Assembly (NCBI GenBank): GCA_963575745.1
Contig: CAUYUJ010000115.1
Span: 558,001-622,000 of the forward strand
DNA: 64,000 bases
Reading direction: 5' to 3'
From: Prorocentrum cordatum
Lineage: Eukaryota
Below are positions 1 to 12,729 of the stretch, in pieces. Below the pieces are notes generated by a model. That model saw nothing but the letters and a program-made list of their open reading frames with translations, ran no database searches and was not told the origin of the DNA. The position numbers and the translations under genes were made by a program. How positions within the stretch are numbered: the stretch's first letter is position 1; each line of letters opens with the position of its first letter.

Positions 1-642
1 CTGGCGACATTTTGGTTTCCGACATTGGTGCAGCAGCCGCCAGTTTTTTGCAGCCGGTGCGCGCTAAAATTCATTCGCCAGTGCGTCGTTACCAGGCACG
101 CCAACCGTAGCCGAGGACGCGGACGTGTCGCGTTGATCGGAGGTTGTGCGCGTCGTGCCGTGAAGGTGGTCACTTCGAATCTCGCGACATAGTGAAATGC
201 CGAACCGCCGCATCTCGCCCCGACCCTTCCATGTCGTTTCGCGCCACTCCTTCTACCCTTCTCCTTTGTCCTTCCTCACCCCCCCGCCGAACGCATTTTT
301 TTGACCCCGCGTGATGCATGATACGTCGCCTTTTCGGCAGGCTTCCGTGCTCACCCCTCTTTGTTTCCCCCCCCCTTGTCCTTCCACAATCCTGAAATGT
401 CTCCCTCGCCCTCCTCGCTCCCGCCGCCTCCCTTCAATCGCCTCCGGCTCCCGCCGCCGCTCCGCCCCCCCCCCCCCCCCCCCGCCGTATGCCCATATTT
501 CCCCCCTCCGATCCATTCCCCCCCCCCCTTCAACCCCCCCGCGTCTGTTCCCTCAATGCATCGACGGGCGAGACGTCGCCACGTCGCCAAGTTGCTATAC
601 TGATGAGTCCATGCTCAAATGATGTTTCGCTGTGCGCTTCCA

Positions 643-683
643 GTTGTTGTTGCTGTTGCTGTCGCTGTCGCTGTCGTTGTTGC

Positions 684-733
<50 letters not shown>
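643..733. repeat. (GTT)n/(GCT)n trinucleotide microsatellite
   Basis: Run of gttgttgtt; source of the poly-V/C/L/Q/T ORFs in the track. Confidence 0.95.
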
Positions 734-735
<2 letters not shown>

Positions 736-2249
736 CCTTCCGCGCGCGGTGCAATTCCATGTCGTCTGTCAGTCTCCTCGTGCTCGTATTTCGCGCGTGC
801 GTGCTTCCCTCGTTCTGCGGTTGCCGCGGGCATCTTTGAGTTGCTTCGCCAGTGTGCCGTGCAGCTGACATGCCATTCCGAGGCTCGCAGCGCCTTTCGA
901 GCGATTCGCGCGCGACCTGCGCGCGACGCACAAACGAACCGAGCGACGCACGCGCGACACACGCGCGACGCACGCGCAACGCGTGCGCGGCGCACCCCGA
1001 CCCGCGCACGAAGCACCACCGAGGACGCGCGGCGCACAAGCGACACGCGCCACGCACGCGCGACGCACGCGCCGCGACGCACGCGCCGCGACGCACTCTC
1101 GCAGTGCGCAGTGGCCGTCGGCGCGCCGTGCTTGCGCTTTGCGCTGTCTTCCTTTGCGCCGGGAGAGACGGTGCCCTACCCCTGTTCCCCTCTCTCCTTC
1201 CTCGTCCCCTTTTTGTTTCGTCCTCTCTCCTCCTCCCCATCCCTCCTCATCCCCTTCTCCTCCTCATTTTCCTCCTCCCCCTTCCTCTCGCCCAGCCTCC
1301 TCTTCCGTCTTTCCTCATTTCCCCTCGTTGTCCTCTCTCCCCCGTCATTGTCCTCGGTTCTCCTTGTCGGGCCGCGAACGAAACCCCCGCATTCAGCGAA
1401 GGGTCAGTGAGGAGGAAGAGGAGGAGGAGGAGGAGGAGGAGGAGGAGGAGGAGGAGGAGGAGGATTAATCTTACGAGGAGAAATGGAGGAGGGGCAGGGG
1501 CCCGAGGCGAATGCAGCACCAGAGGCGGCCTGGCATGGGAACAGGAGGGAAGGGTGACAGGACTGGAGGGCGGGGGCAGTTGTAGTTGTCGTGTTGGTGA
1601 TCGTGATCATTGTCGTGGTGGTCGCGCCGGTCGTGATGTTGGTTGTCGCGTTGGTGGAGGGCGGGCTGGTGGTGGTCACGTTGGTAATCGTGCTGGTGGC
1701 GGTCGTGGTGGCGGCGGCGGTTTCTGGTCGCGGTAGTTGGTGGTGGTCGTAACCGTCGCGGTGGTCGCGGTAGTGGTCGCGATCTCTGGTGATGATCGTG
1801 GCGGCGGTCGTCATGGTGCTGGCAAATATCAAGGGGTGAAAATGGGACATTGACACGATGACGCGTCCATTCGCAGGAAAGTGATGGAACATTGAGAAGT
1901 ATAGGGGAACACGTAAGTCCAGGAACTATGAACATGTATAAGGAGTCTTAGAATAACTATGTGCATACTTTTGTGAGTGCGTCTCCCTGGGCGCTTTAAA
2001 TTTTCAACATTGTGATAAATCGCAAGTTGAGCCCTACACCACGCTTTTCTGTTGGATTTTTCAAGCTTGGTCGAGCCACGGTGCGAAAACGCTCTGCGCG
2101 AGACCAGATCCTGGCAGCACAGGCCCCAGCCATATGCAGTTGAGAGCAGCAACTTGCAGACGACACGAAGGGGAGGCGAGCAAGAGGTTTGGGGCGTGGA
2201 TAGAAAGGGCGAGGGCTCATAATAGCAGAGGGGTCAGGAATGAGAAGTG

Positions 2250-2745
2250 AGGGGTGTGTCGAAGTGGGCGTGGTCACGCATGCGGCCTTTGCCACTGGGG
2301 CCCTCGGTGGAGCTTCCTACAGAGCCACGCAGCGTGTGACGTTGTGCCGAAATGGGTCGGGGCACGTATGCGGCCTTTGCCATTAGGGCTTTCGGTGGAG
2401 CTCCCAGGGCCACGAAACATGCAAGCGGTGTGCCGAAATAGGCGTTGCAATATGCGGTACCGCGCCTGGGGCCTTTCGTGGAGTTCGCCATGGAGCAGCG
2501 AAACGTGAGAGGGTTGTGCCGGAATGGGCGCGGCAGCATCCCCACGGGGCCACGAAGCGTTTGACGGGTGTGCCGGAGTGGGCGCGGACACGCATGCGGC
2601 TTATGCCATTGGGGCCTTTGGTGGTGGAGCTCGTTATATGGCCGTGACACGTGTGAGAAGTGTGCCGACACTTGTGCGGGCGCCCATGTGTCCTTTGTTA
2701 GTGATGCCTTCGGTATAGAGCTCTCTATGGGGCCGAGATGCATGG
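2250..2745 (-). repeat. Degenerate ~81-bp minisatellite, inverted relative to the copy at 11067-11650
   Basis: Recurring tgcggcctttgcc..tggggcc..cggtggagctc..ggccacgaa..gtg..gggtgtgccgaa, the reverse complement of the 11067 unit. Confidence 0.8.
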
Positions 2746-3064
2746 ACGCGCGGAGTGCAAAGGCAAGGAGGGGAGGGGGCAGCGGGAGGAGTGGACGCGG
2801 GGCGCTGCTGATGCAAAACGGGGACCTACAAGAACGTGATGGTTGGGCGATGCTTGGATCTCGGGGCCGCCATTGGGCTCCGGTGTGGCGCGAAGAGGGC
2901 GACACCAGGGGGTGGGGGGCCTTGTGCAGGGGCAACGACCGGGGGGCCTCGCCCTTTCGAGGCGGGAATTTCTAGGTGACCACCGCCCCGAGGATCGATT
3001 CCTCCGAGCCTCCACAGGCGGTGGATATATGGATACGTTTAGATCCCCCGGGGAACAATCAATG

Positions 3065-3124
3065 TATATGTATATGCATATATATATATATGTATAAATA
3101 TATATGTATGTATGTATGTGTATA

Positions 3125-3171
<47 letters not shown>
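3065..3171. repeat. (TA)n microsatellite (another at 5475-5498)
   Basis: Direct observation. Confidence 0.95.
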
Positions 3172-3174
<3 letters not shown>

Positions 3175-3189
3175 TAACAAATACGCCAG

Positions 3190-3830
3190 GCCCCCCTCCC
3201 GGGGCGTCCTCCACCTCGCTCACATCTCGAGTACGCTCCCTGTACCGCGCTTCCCGGCCTCCCAGGGAGCCCAAGACGATCCCACGAAGCCGCCAGAACG
3301 TCAAAGAAAGGCCCAAGACGTTCCCAAGCAACCCAGGATAGCTTTCCAGCGGCCTGGAGAACCTAAAATCGTTAATTTTGTGTTTTTCCATTGTTTTTGG
3401 CCTTCTCATCATTTCATGCTTCCCACGCTCCAAGACAGCCGAAGAGGCCCCCAAGACCGCCCCAAGACCGCCCAAGAGGCCCCCAAGACGGGGCCAAGAC
3501 GGCCCCAAGACTGCCGAAGTGGCGCCCCGGACAGCTCCAGACCACCCCAGCCAGAAAAGGCCCAAGATGAGCCCAAGAGCGGGAGCAGGAGGCCGCCAGA
3601 GACCTCCGAGAGGACTCCGGGACCCCCCAGAGGCCTCCAACACACCCCAGCCCCTTGAGAGGCTCCCAGAAAATCCACGACGAGGCCCCAAAAGCAGCCC
3701 AAGAGAGCTTCGAGAGCCGTCCCGAGAGAGCCCGAAGAGGGTTAAATCGTTGCTTTCCAGGGTTTTTTGTGGACGTTTCTCGCCTTCTCACGTTTTCCTG
3801 CTTCAACGCTCCAAGACCGAGGAATTCGAG
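3190..3830 (+). repeat. Dispersed CCCCAAGAGG/GGCCCAAGAC-rich repeat family, copy
   Basis: Degenerate 10-11-nt periodic ccccaagaggc/gcccaagacgg motifs with a shared block cgctccaagac; boundaries approximate. Confidence 0.75.
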
Positions 3831-4659
3831 AAAACAAAAAGGAATTCCAGTGATTCCTTTTTTTCAAGTTGGGACTCCTACTCCCAATCCTCTTCCTCAA
3901 GCCCCATCAAGAATTCGGGGTCACATGCAAAACTGGTTCGGGAATGCTGTTGAACTCTCTGACGCTGTCTTGGTACTCTCTTGGATCGTCTTCGTGTCCT
4001 CTTGGCTGCCCCTGAAACCATGGTAAACATCGAGATCCCATGATCCCATGAGTGGAAGCAATGGGATGCTATAATTCTTTTGTTCAAACACACCCCCTGC
4101 TCATTTTTGCACGAAGACCCCGAGGGGCATCCCAACAGACCGTGGCCTGCATGCAGAAAACGTCTAACCCACAGCCCAGGCACTACAAGTTGAAAAAAGG
4201 GAAATTCCACCATTCCGTTTTTTCCCCAAAGTTCGCCCCCTGTCTATTCTTGCACAACAGACCACAATTTAGGCCCCAGAAGAGAACCCAGGAAGCCTTC
4301 AAGGGCCCCAAATCTTTGAAGACCTAACGGCAATTCATGATTTGTGCGTTTCCGCAGTTCCCCTCCTGTACGATTTCGAGGCTTGCGCAGGGCATCCAAG
4401 GGAGCCCCCGGATGCGAGCAACGACAAGGATGATATTCAATGTGTTCGCCCATCAAGCCTAGCTAGATCTTGAGCGCGCAAGAAGCGCGCGATGGTTCCA
4501 TGTATATTTCTCTTACTATATTTTTACAAGCCCGGGCGGGGGGAAAACCCGTCACCCCCCCCCCCAAAACCGGACTCCCGGGATCTGGGGCTTTGGGACC
4601 CTCCAGACGGGCCTCGAACCGGTCACCGGGCCTCACACGGCGTTTTGCCAAGCTTTCCC

Positions 4660-5240
4660 AGCACACCTAGGGCGATCAGGGGGGTCATCGGAGACGTCCC
4701 AGAGACCCCCAAGACAGCACAAGAGCGCTCCAAGAGTGACCGACGTGACCTCAAGATGGCCTAAGAGGCCACCAGGACGGCCCCAAAGAGGCCTCCAAGA
4801 GCACTCCCAAGCAGGCCCCCCGAGGCAACAATTATTGATTTTCTTTGGGTTTTTGGTGAATTTTAGGGTTCTCCTCTTTTCGGCTTCCCGACGCTCCAAG
4901 ACGGCGGTCTTCTGGGCGTCCGAAGCCGCCTGGGAGGCTCCCAAATCGGCCCACAACCATCCGAAAGGGCTCCCAGGCAGTCCAAGAGAGCCCTAAAACG
5001 GCACAACACGGGTCCAAGATGGCCGTCAGAGAGCCTCATGGTGGCCCAAGATGGCCCAAAGACACCCTCCGAAGAATTCCAAATCGTGATTCGGTCGTTC
5101 AGTGAGACCGCGGTTGGAGGCAGGGTGGCCCGAGGAAGCCCCCGGAGTCTCCCAGAATACACCCAGGAGGTCTCCAGAAGGCCTTATTAAGAAAGCCTGA
5201 AACAACTTTTGTGAGGCCCCTAGAAGCTCTCCAAGGAGGA
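4660..5240 (+). repeat. Dispersed CCCCAAGAGG-rich repeat family, copy
   Basis: Same motifs, including ttttcggcttcccgacgctccaagacgg. Confidence 0.75.
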
Positions 5241-5467
5241 GCCTCCGCAGAAAAGAGCTGAGGAGGATGGGGATAATGCGCAGGGCGTGGCGAAAATAAG
5301 GAAACAGAAGCATGGAGGAAGGATAACGAATAACACTATTATAGTGGCGATGCCAGAAAAGGCAACCAGGAGTTATCGCTAAATTGTCGGCTTGACCTTC
5401 CTGCTATTCCGCCTGCGTACCAAACTTCAAGGACCAAGGTGCATGGCGCGAAGCGCCACTGCAGTCT

Positions 5468-5498
<31 letters not shown>

Positions 5499-6359
5499 TT
5501 ATCCACCGCTCACTGAGGCCCCAGGGCGTTGGTTCCCGGGCGGTGGATCTGGATACGTCCCCGCCTTGCGCTGCCCTGGGCGGCGGGCGTCGACCCCCAC
5601 AGTCATTCATATGCATCGCCCATCGGGGCCTGGGTGCCCCACCCAGCCCAGGGACGTGCGGTGCTGCTGTCGAGGGCCCGTTGCCGATCCATCCGCGATC
5701 AAACGCAAGTCTTGTGACGTTCCAACCTGCATTGGCCTTGATCACCAGAAAGAGCTTCGAGCACCACGAACGTACTGAACCTGGAGGGTTTCCACGCGTC
5801 GGGCTCTGGGAGGCGATACTCGTTCGACACGGTTTCGATCCTTCGCCTGGGTGCTCGGAACTATTTCTGGGATGTGGGCCTGGAGCATGATGGGGACAAC
5901 GTAACGCAAGTCTTTGGGTTGCCCATCACCCCGAAATGGTAGTGTTTGTGGGCGCGCGCAGCGCGGCCCGCGGGGTCAACAAACAATTGCAGTCGCCAGC
6001 ACCGGCGTCAACACTGAAATTGGGGGGCCGCGGGACGTCGCCATGTCGCGGGCAAAATTTGCGTTTGCTTTCGAGGAGGGATGTATCGCCGATTCCAGGT
6101 CGACGTTCCCCCCCCCCGAGCCTGCCCCGCCCCCCCCCCGCTTTCGGGTCCTCTTGTAGTCGCGACAGCGGCGGTCCTCACACTGGAGCAGAAGCTTTTG
6201 CACCGCGTGTCGACGCCCGTGTTGACCCCCCTCATTCGCAAGCGCATCCCCCCACCCCCCCGCAGGAGAGCGGCAGCAGCGGCCACGAGGAGGGGTGGCG
6301 GAGGCCGCGCTCGCCTTCTCGCCGCCCTCGCCGCTCGGCGTCGTCTCCGTCGTCGCCGC

Positions 6360-6399
<40 letters not shown>

Positions 6400-7224
6400 G
6401 TTGCCGCCGCCGTCGCCGCCGTCGCCGTCGCCGTCGTCGTCGCCGTCGCTGCCGTCGTCGTCGTCGGCGTCGGCGTCGGTGTTGTCGTCGTTCTCGTCGT
6501 CGTTGTCCTCATCCTGCTCCTCTCTCCCTTCCTCCGTTCCTGGCTCCACCGCTTCCTCCTCCGTCTTGTCTCCACGATTTCCTCTCCACATCCACTTCCA
6601 CTTCCTCCTCCTCCTCGCCATGCTGCTCCTCTTTCCCTCATTATTGTGCTTTCCTACTCGCTTCCTGTCGCTGCTGCTCTCCTTCCTCTCGTCCTCGTTT
6701 CTGTTGTGGCGCGCTCATACTTGTTTGTTCCTCTGTGCCCTCGCCCTTCTCTTGTTATTATGCGTCATTTCATAGTCGTCCTCCTCCGCTCCCTGTCCTC
6801 ATTCTAGTCCTCTGCATCTTCGTCTTCCTCCTTCTTACATGTTTCCTGTTGCTTATACGTAAGGCTGTCCCTGCACAACGGCTCTATGGGGGACCTCTTG
6901 ACAATGCTGAACGGGGAGGACCCCCTCAAGGTGGGTCCGTTGTTGAGGGGAGGGCATTGAGGAGCGCGAGGAGGTAGGTGGAGGGGGGAGGAGAAGCAGG
7001 TGGGGGAGGGATGAGAGAAGGGGGAGAGGAGGAGAAGGAGACGCAAGGAGGGAAGAAGGGAGGGCGAGGAGGAGGAGGAGGCCGAAGAGGAGGTGGAGGA
7101 GCAGATCGGTATCTTGGGACCTGGGGTGCGCGTAAGGAGGAGGAGGAGATGGAGGAGGTTGCCGAGGAGGGGGAGGAACGATGGGATGAACAGCAGCAGG
7201 AGGTGGACAGGCTGGTAGAAGCAG

Positions 7225-7329
7225 GAGGACCCTGCCAAGGTGTTCATCGTACGGGGGATCGATTCCCTGGGCGTCGACTCCCACGAGATCCTAGCGTCGC
7301 ACTACTGGGACTTCGGTAGCATCGAGAGG
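7225..7329 (+). CDS. Host RRM-protein exon 1 (first seen in window): EDPAKVFIVRGIDSLGVDSHEILASHYWDFGSIER
   Basis: RNP2-like VFIVRGI plus helix and FG turn; high GC3; acceptor cag|g at 7224 (or ag|g at 7227); in-frame TAG at 7216 upstream; GT donor at 7330. Confidence 0.8.
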
Positions 7330-9884
7330 GTCCGTCCTCCTCTCTCCCTCTTACGCAGTGGCCACCACAACTCCTTCTCTGTAGCCGTTGTCTGCTCAAA
7401 ATTCGCCGCCAGTGGGCCGGCAGCACGGTGCTGCCGGGCTGAGTCTTACGACCGCCATCCCTTTCCATGTTCGGTGTTAAGCGGTTCACGGCCGAACCAT
7501 GGTCGTGAGATTATGGATCAGGAGGGAACAAACACACAGACACCTAATCGCCAATCCCCAGGAAATATGGAAAATATGGGAACTGGATGGGAAGACGAGC
7601 ATCCCGAATTGATCGAACATATATGTTTTCCTGGGATGTACTACTATTGATTTCGTCCACGCGCAGAGGGGGTAGCGGGAGGGGGAGAAGGCTTCGTAGA
7701 AGTACCCTTGCTGCTTAGAAGGCGCGGGTCTTGTCAGCAGATGTAAGGCCCGCGCCTTCTGAGAAGCAGCCTTCTTCCAAGAAGCCTTGCCCCCTCCCCC
7801 TAACCCCCCGTGCGCGCCGCCAATCATTTGTGTGCCCCCGGGCCCCTTTTTAGTGGGCCAGGAGCACACGGGCCCCGTCGCCAAATGGCCCACGCCTCTC
7901 CACGGCGAAGGCCCAGAGGAGGAAAAGCACGCTCTCAGGCGGAGAGCCCAGGCAGGAGGAGCAGAAGGGCACCCCCTCGACGACCGGGGCTGCTCTTGAC
8001 CCGTCGTGTGGGCCGTGCAGCTCTCTTCGGCTTTTCCTTGCCGAGTTCAGTCCAATGGGGTGAGCAGTTTACAACACACACACGCGCCGATCGCTGGAAG
8101 TCGCCTTCCTGCTGTTTTAGCCGCCTTTCTACTTCAAGGGTCGAGTGCTTGTCCCTCCTCCCTCCTCTTCAGGGCGCGGGCGAAAGCCCAATCTGTTCCC
8201 AACGCCATCCTACTTGACGTTTCTACCGACTTCTTCCGACCGACGGGTATGGTGGGCAGTTTACGACAGCTGCATTGCCGTCTCCAAGCGCATCTCTGAG
8301 GCGGGCCTCCCTGGGTGAGCTTGCGCGCAGCGCTCCATGTTTGTCGTGTCATTCGGCGAGCTCAGATGAGGAGTGGAGTTTTCACCATATCGCTGCGCGA
8401 TCAGGCAGGGTCTACAGAGTCTCTTCCTTCCTGACCATGGGCTCCCGTGGTGCTGGGAGCTTCTGATCCCCATGCGCCTTGCGCGAGGGTAGTCTGTTGT
8501 TTGATTCACCCGTAAGCGTTCGCAACTGCCGTGGAGGCATGCTCTTGCAAAGCCCGAGCTGCTACCAGCAAAAGCCCTTGCCCTCCTCCCCCCTGCCTCG
8601 TCTCTTGCCCCGCCCCCTCCTGCAAGCACACCGTACACATCAGTGCTCCCCGCCTCCTCTCCCCCGACGACGGCCTCAGAGAGTGGCGCGTCCCCCCCCC
8701 CCGCGTATTGTGCTTGTTGCACAGGATCGGTCCGAGCTCGGTTGTCTGACTTGTGCGTGTTCGTTCCCCATCCGAACCTCCCCTCGACGGGCCCCCCCGC
8801 TGCAGCGTCGGCATCAGTTCGGGATCGGCGCTCTGCTGCCGTCGTTCCAGACGGCGCCCTCGCCCAGGCCTGGGCCTCATCTCTGGACCTAGGCGTGCCC
8901 TATCAAGTGTTCGAACGGGTGGAAAGACATGCTCTTGTTCGGATGCTCAAACACGGTTCGTCCACGGTTCGGAACCATGTGTTCGCGAGGTCCAAGGCCC
9001 CCAAGGGATTCGTCCAATGCCGCCTGGTTGAGGGGAAAAAAGATGTCCAGAATGAGCAGAGTGTAAACGGTTCGGAAGCATGTGATCGCAAGCGATGGTG
9101 GGGTCAGTCCTAGTTCCGCATCCGAGTGTTTCTTTCTTATTGTTGCCCCCTTATTTTCCCTACCCAGCCTCTACCTTGTCCTGCTGCTCCTCCCGCTCGT
9201 CCTGCTCCTGCTGCCGCGGTCCCTCCTCGTCCTCCTTCCTCCTCATCCTCATGCTCGTCCGCCACCTTTCTTCTTCTCTTTCTTCTTCTTCTTCAATGTG
9301 CACAGATCCCACCTGGCAGATCGCGGGTAATTCGAAGTGGTCCTTTCGAATTCAGGTCCGCTACGACACCCGATGGTGGATAGAGAAAAATCGACACAAT
9401 GGCAAAGCATGTGAGTGAGGGTAGGATGTCAGATGTGGCGCTAGCGCACCTACGGTAGGTTCATGCGGCGATGGCGCGCCGGCGCCATTGGCGAGGGCGT
9501 TCAAGGTTGAATTCTACGACGCGGAAGCACCGAGGGACGCGGTGACGCCCCTGGACCCGACTGGCTTCCAGCCTTGCACGATCGGGACCGCGATCGGTTC
9601 AAGGGGTGAACGATCGACGCGGCGCCAAACAAACATATACTTCTGCGCGGGCCGGCGCCGCGCGAACTTGCCGTAGCCTGTCCCCTCCACTCTCCTCCCT
9701 CTCCTCCTTCCCACCGGGTCGACCTAAACAGTGTTTTGGCGATTTCGTGGGCCGCTTTCGTTACGATCTCGTTTCGCAGCAAAGGCGGCCTGAAGGCAAA
9801 ACGAGGGACAACGAAAACAGTTCGAAAACGGAAAACACGTTTAAGGTCGATCCTTGTTCCCTCCCTCCTCCCTGGGGCCTCGAG

Positions 9885-9964
9885 GTGCTGGTCCCCCACT
9901 CGAAGGTCACGGCCAAGCTGTACCGCAGCGAGAAGACGGTGACCCGGTCGCGGGTCCGTCCCGG
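9885..9964 (+). CDS. Host RRM-protein exon 2: VLVPHSKVTAKLYRSEKTVTRSRVRPG
   Basis: ag|gtg acceptor continues exon 1 in phase 0; almost all codons end in G/C; GA donor at 9965. Confidence 0.8.
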
Positions 9965-10799
9965 GAGCGAGGGGGTGGGATGATTTTCGGAGTGGGTCGG
10001 ACGGGGCTAGGAGCTAGGACGAGGGTACATCCGTTCCAGAGCGTTCCAGAACGCTCTCAGAGCGTTCCGGAACGCAGAGAGAAGACCGCGGCGCCCGAGG
10101 CATTTTCTAGAGCCGCCACATCGCAGGGATCATCGATTTACCCTCACCCAATTTAATTTCAATCTTGGCTTCGTCTTAGGGGGGACGATTTTCGGAGGGG
10201 GGGGAAAGGTACCCATGCTTCGCCGTGCGGCGGGGGACAATGCGAACGGGGCCAGCCAGGGCGGCGCCGTCTTTTGCACGTTCCTGCAACGCCAAGGCTG
10301 CACTGACCCGGGCTTGCGTGCAGGACCTTGCAGGATCTTGCAGGATTCTGCAAAGCCTGACTGACCCAGGTTTGCATGGATCCGGGTCTGTAGAAGACCA
10401 GTGATTTGTGGGACGCCGTCAGGTGGGCAATTTCTGGTTGACTTAAAAGGGGTCCAGCTGAAAGGGGGTGGTGCAACAGATTCGGTGCAATAGATCTGTG
10501 GGGCAAAATATTTGGGGCGTGCAATACATTGCGTTGCGCAGATGTGCTGCTGGATTTTCACGCGCAATACATTTCTGAAATGCAATGTACTGTAATTCTC
10601 TTGCGCAATACATTTGCAATTATATTGCCCCACATCTCTGTTGCACCACCCCCTTGCAGCCTGATCTCCTTTTTGTTTTGATATTTCTCCCAACCATCCT
10701 GTGGTGTGGGGTCCTCGTTTGTGAACAGTCCCCGCGTCCCGCTCCTCCTCCCCCCTCCTCCCTCCTCCCTCTCCTTGCCTCTGCTGTGCTCGTCGCTAT

Positions 10800-10961
10800 C
10801 GCCATCATCGTCATCATCATCCTCATCACCATCAGCAGCTGACTCCGCATCAGCATCAGCATCAGCATAAGAATCATCAGCATCACCACCACCATCACCA
10901 CTATCATCCTCCTCACCCTCCTCATCACCACCAACGTCATCATCACCACCATCACCATCAC

Positions 10962-11005
<44 letters not shown>

Positions 11006-11052
11006 GCATCATCAGCAGCAGCAGCATCTTCAACATCATTTTCATCATCATC
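10800..11052. repeat. (CAT)n/(CAC)n microsatellite
   Basis: Direct observation. Confidence 0.9.
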
Positions 11053-11066
11053 ACGCTCCTCACACA

Positions 11067-11650
11067 CATCGTACGCTTCGTGGCTCCAAAAGGAGCTTTA
11101 CCGACGGCCCCAGCGGCAGGGTCCGCATGGCGTACCCGCGCCCGATTCGGCAGACCCCTCACAAGTTTCGAGGCCCCACGGGGAGCTCCACCGACTGCCC
11201 CAGCGGCAGGGTCCACATGGCGTACCCGCACCCGGTCCGCCACACCTCTCACACGTTTCGTGGCCACATGGGGAGCTCCTTCGACGGCCAGAGCAGGGTC
11301 CGCATGGAGCACACGCACCCGTTTCAGCACACCCCTCACGTTTCAGGGCCGCGAAGGGAACTCTACTAAAGGCCCCAGCGGCAGGGTCCGCATGGTGAGC
11401 CCGCACCCGATTCGGCACACCCCTCACACGTCTCGTGGCCCCATAGGGAGCTCCACCCAAGGCTTGCCCCCATACGGAGCTCCACCCAAGGCCCCAGCGG
11501 CGGTGTTCGCATGGCGTACCCGTGTCCAATTCGGCACACCCTTCATACGCTTCGTGGCCCCATATACGTAGGGAGCTCCACCGAAGGGCCCCAGCGGCAA
11601 GGTCCGCATGGCGCACCCGCCCCATGTTGGCACACCCCTCACTCCTCACC
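11067..11650 (+). repeat. ~81-bp tandem minisatellite (about 7 units)
   Basis: Unit cgtggccccataggGAGCTCcaccga.ggccccagcggcagggtccgcatggcgtacccgcacccgattcggcacacccctcacacg repeated. Confidence 0.9.
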
Positions 11651-11946
11651 CAGTGTTTTTTCTCACTTGCCTCGCGGTACCCACGGCGTCATACGGGTGG
11701 GCCCTTCGCTCGGATAATTATGTGTCTGGGGGACCTCGTGGGGGGTACGTTTGTACGGCTTTATTCTGGTCTGAACGCCGACCTGGATTGGACTGCGGGA
11801 GGACGAGGAAGAGGATGGAGGAGGAGGAGGGAGGATGGAGAAGGCAGATGGGAGGTGGAGAAGCAGGCGGACGAGGAGGAGGAGAGGCAGGGGAGGAGGA
11901 GGAGGGAGGGGCGGGAGGATGGAGGATGATGAGGAGGAGAATCAGC

Positions 11947-11981
<35 letters not shown>

Positions 11982-11992
11982 CGGGGTGGCAG

Positions 11993-12100
11993 GAGCATGG
12001 GGTTCGTCGTCATGTCCGACAGCAAGAGCGTCGAGCGCATCCTGCAGGCCGGCGGGCAGCAGGTGGTGGCCGGGAAGTGCATCCGCGTGGAGCCCTTCAG
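11993..12100 (+). CDS. Host RRM-protein exon 3: (G)SMGFVVMSDSKSVERILQAGGQQVVAGKCIRVEPF(R)
   Basis: RNP1-like RPGSMGFVVM once joined to exon 2, followed by the terminal RRM strand GKCIRVE; cag|g acceptor; probable GA donor at 12101 (alternatively a stop at 12105-12107). Confidence 0.8.
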
Positions 12101-12479
12101 GAATTGAGGACAACAACAAATCCCTACACAAACAAACGTTCGGAGGGTCGCGCGGATTTCTTGGGTCCGGCGCCCGGCGCCAAGCAACAGGGGTATCTTA
12201 GAACTCATTCGCGCGGCGCGTATACTTCGCGATTTCGTTCGCAAGCCCCAGCTCTTGAACGAGGTCTAAGGGCGCCGATCTGGCTCGATCCGCGGCGGCC
12301 AAATGTTTCCTGAGGCATCCCTGGAAGAGGAACGCATTCTTCCCGTCGGCGGCGAGGCGGGGCAATCCGCACCAGCGAAAGAGCGAAACAGGGACACGAC
12401 TAAGCTAATTGTCTGGCGTGCAAGAGCGGAAGGAGGACAAAGGGGCCGCGGGCAAGGGAACACAACATAAGCATTAATT

Positions 12480-12616
12480 TTCAGAGCTCCGCGCTGATCT
12501 CTCGAGTCGGCGCGGGCCCCCCCTGGCGGCGCCCCCGGCGCCGCCCTTGGCGCGCTCCGCGCGCCAGGGGAGGCGTGTCCAGCGCAGATCCAAGAAGTCC
12601 GCGCGGACCTCCGAAA
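12480..12616. mobile_element. MITE-like element with ~30-bp imperfect TIRs (ttcggaggtccgcgcggatttcttgg type); relative at 43703-43857, single ends at 12139 and 29171
   Basis: ccaagaagtccgcgcggacctccgaa is the reverse complement of the left-end motif; shared core ccctggcgcgctccgcgcgccaggg. Confidence 0.55.
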
Positions 12617-12729
12617 GCGCATGCTTCTGCAATGTCGAAGACGCCTACGGCGAGTCACCGCCGCCCCATGCTTTTTGGAATCGCCCATGTGGCCGAACGT
12701 TGTGGCCAGAGCTCTACCAAGCTATCCGA

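Noticed and set aside
6266..6310. Candidate extra exon ESGSSGHEEGWR after cgcag (similar candidates at about 1507-1552 and 55764-55850)
   Set aside because: Acceptors are plausible, but frame and donor cannot be fixed and there is no motif support; needs transcript data.
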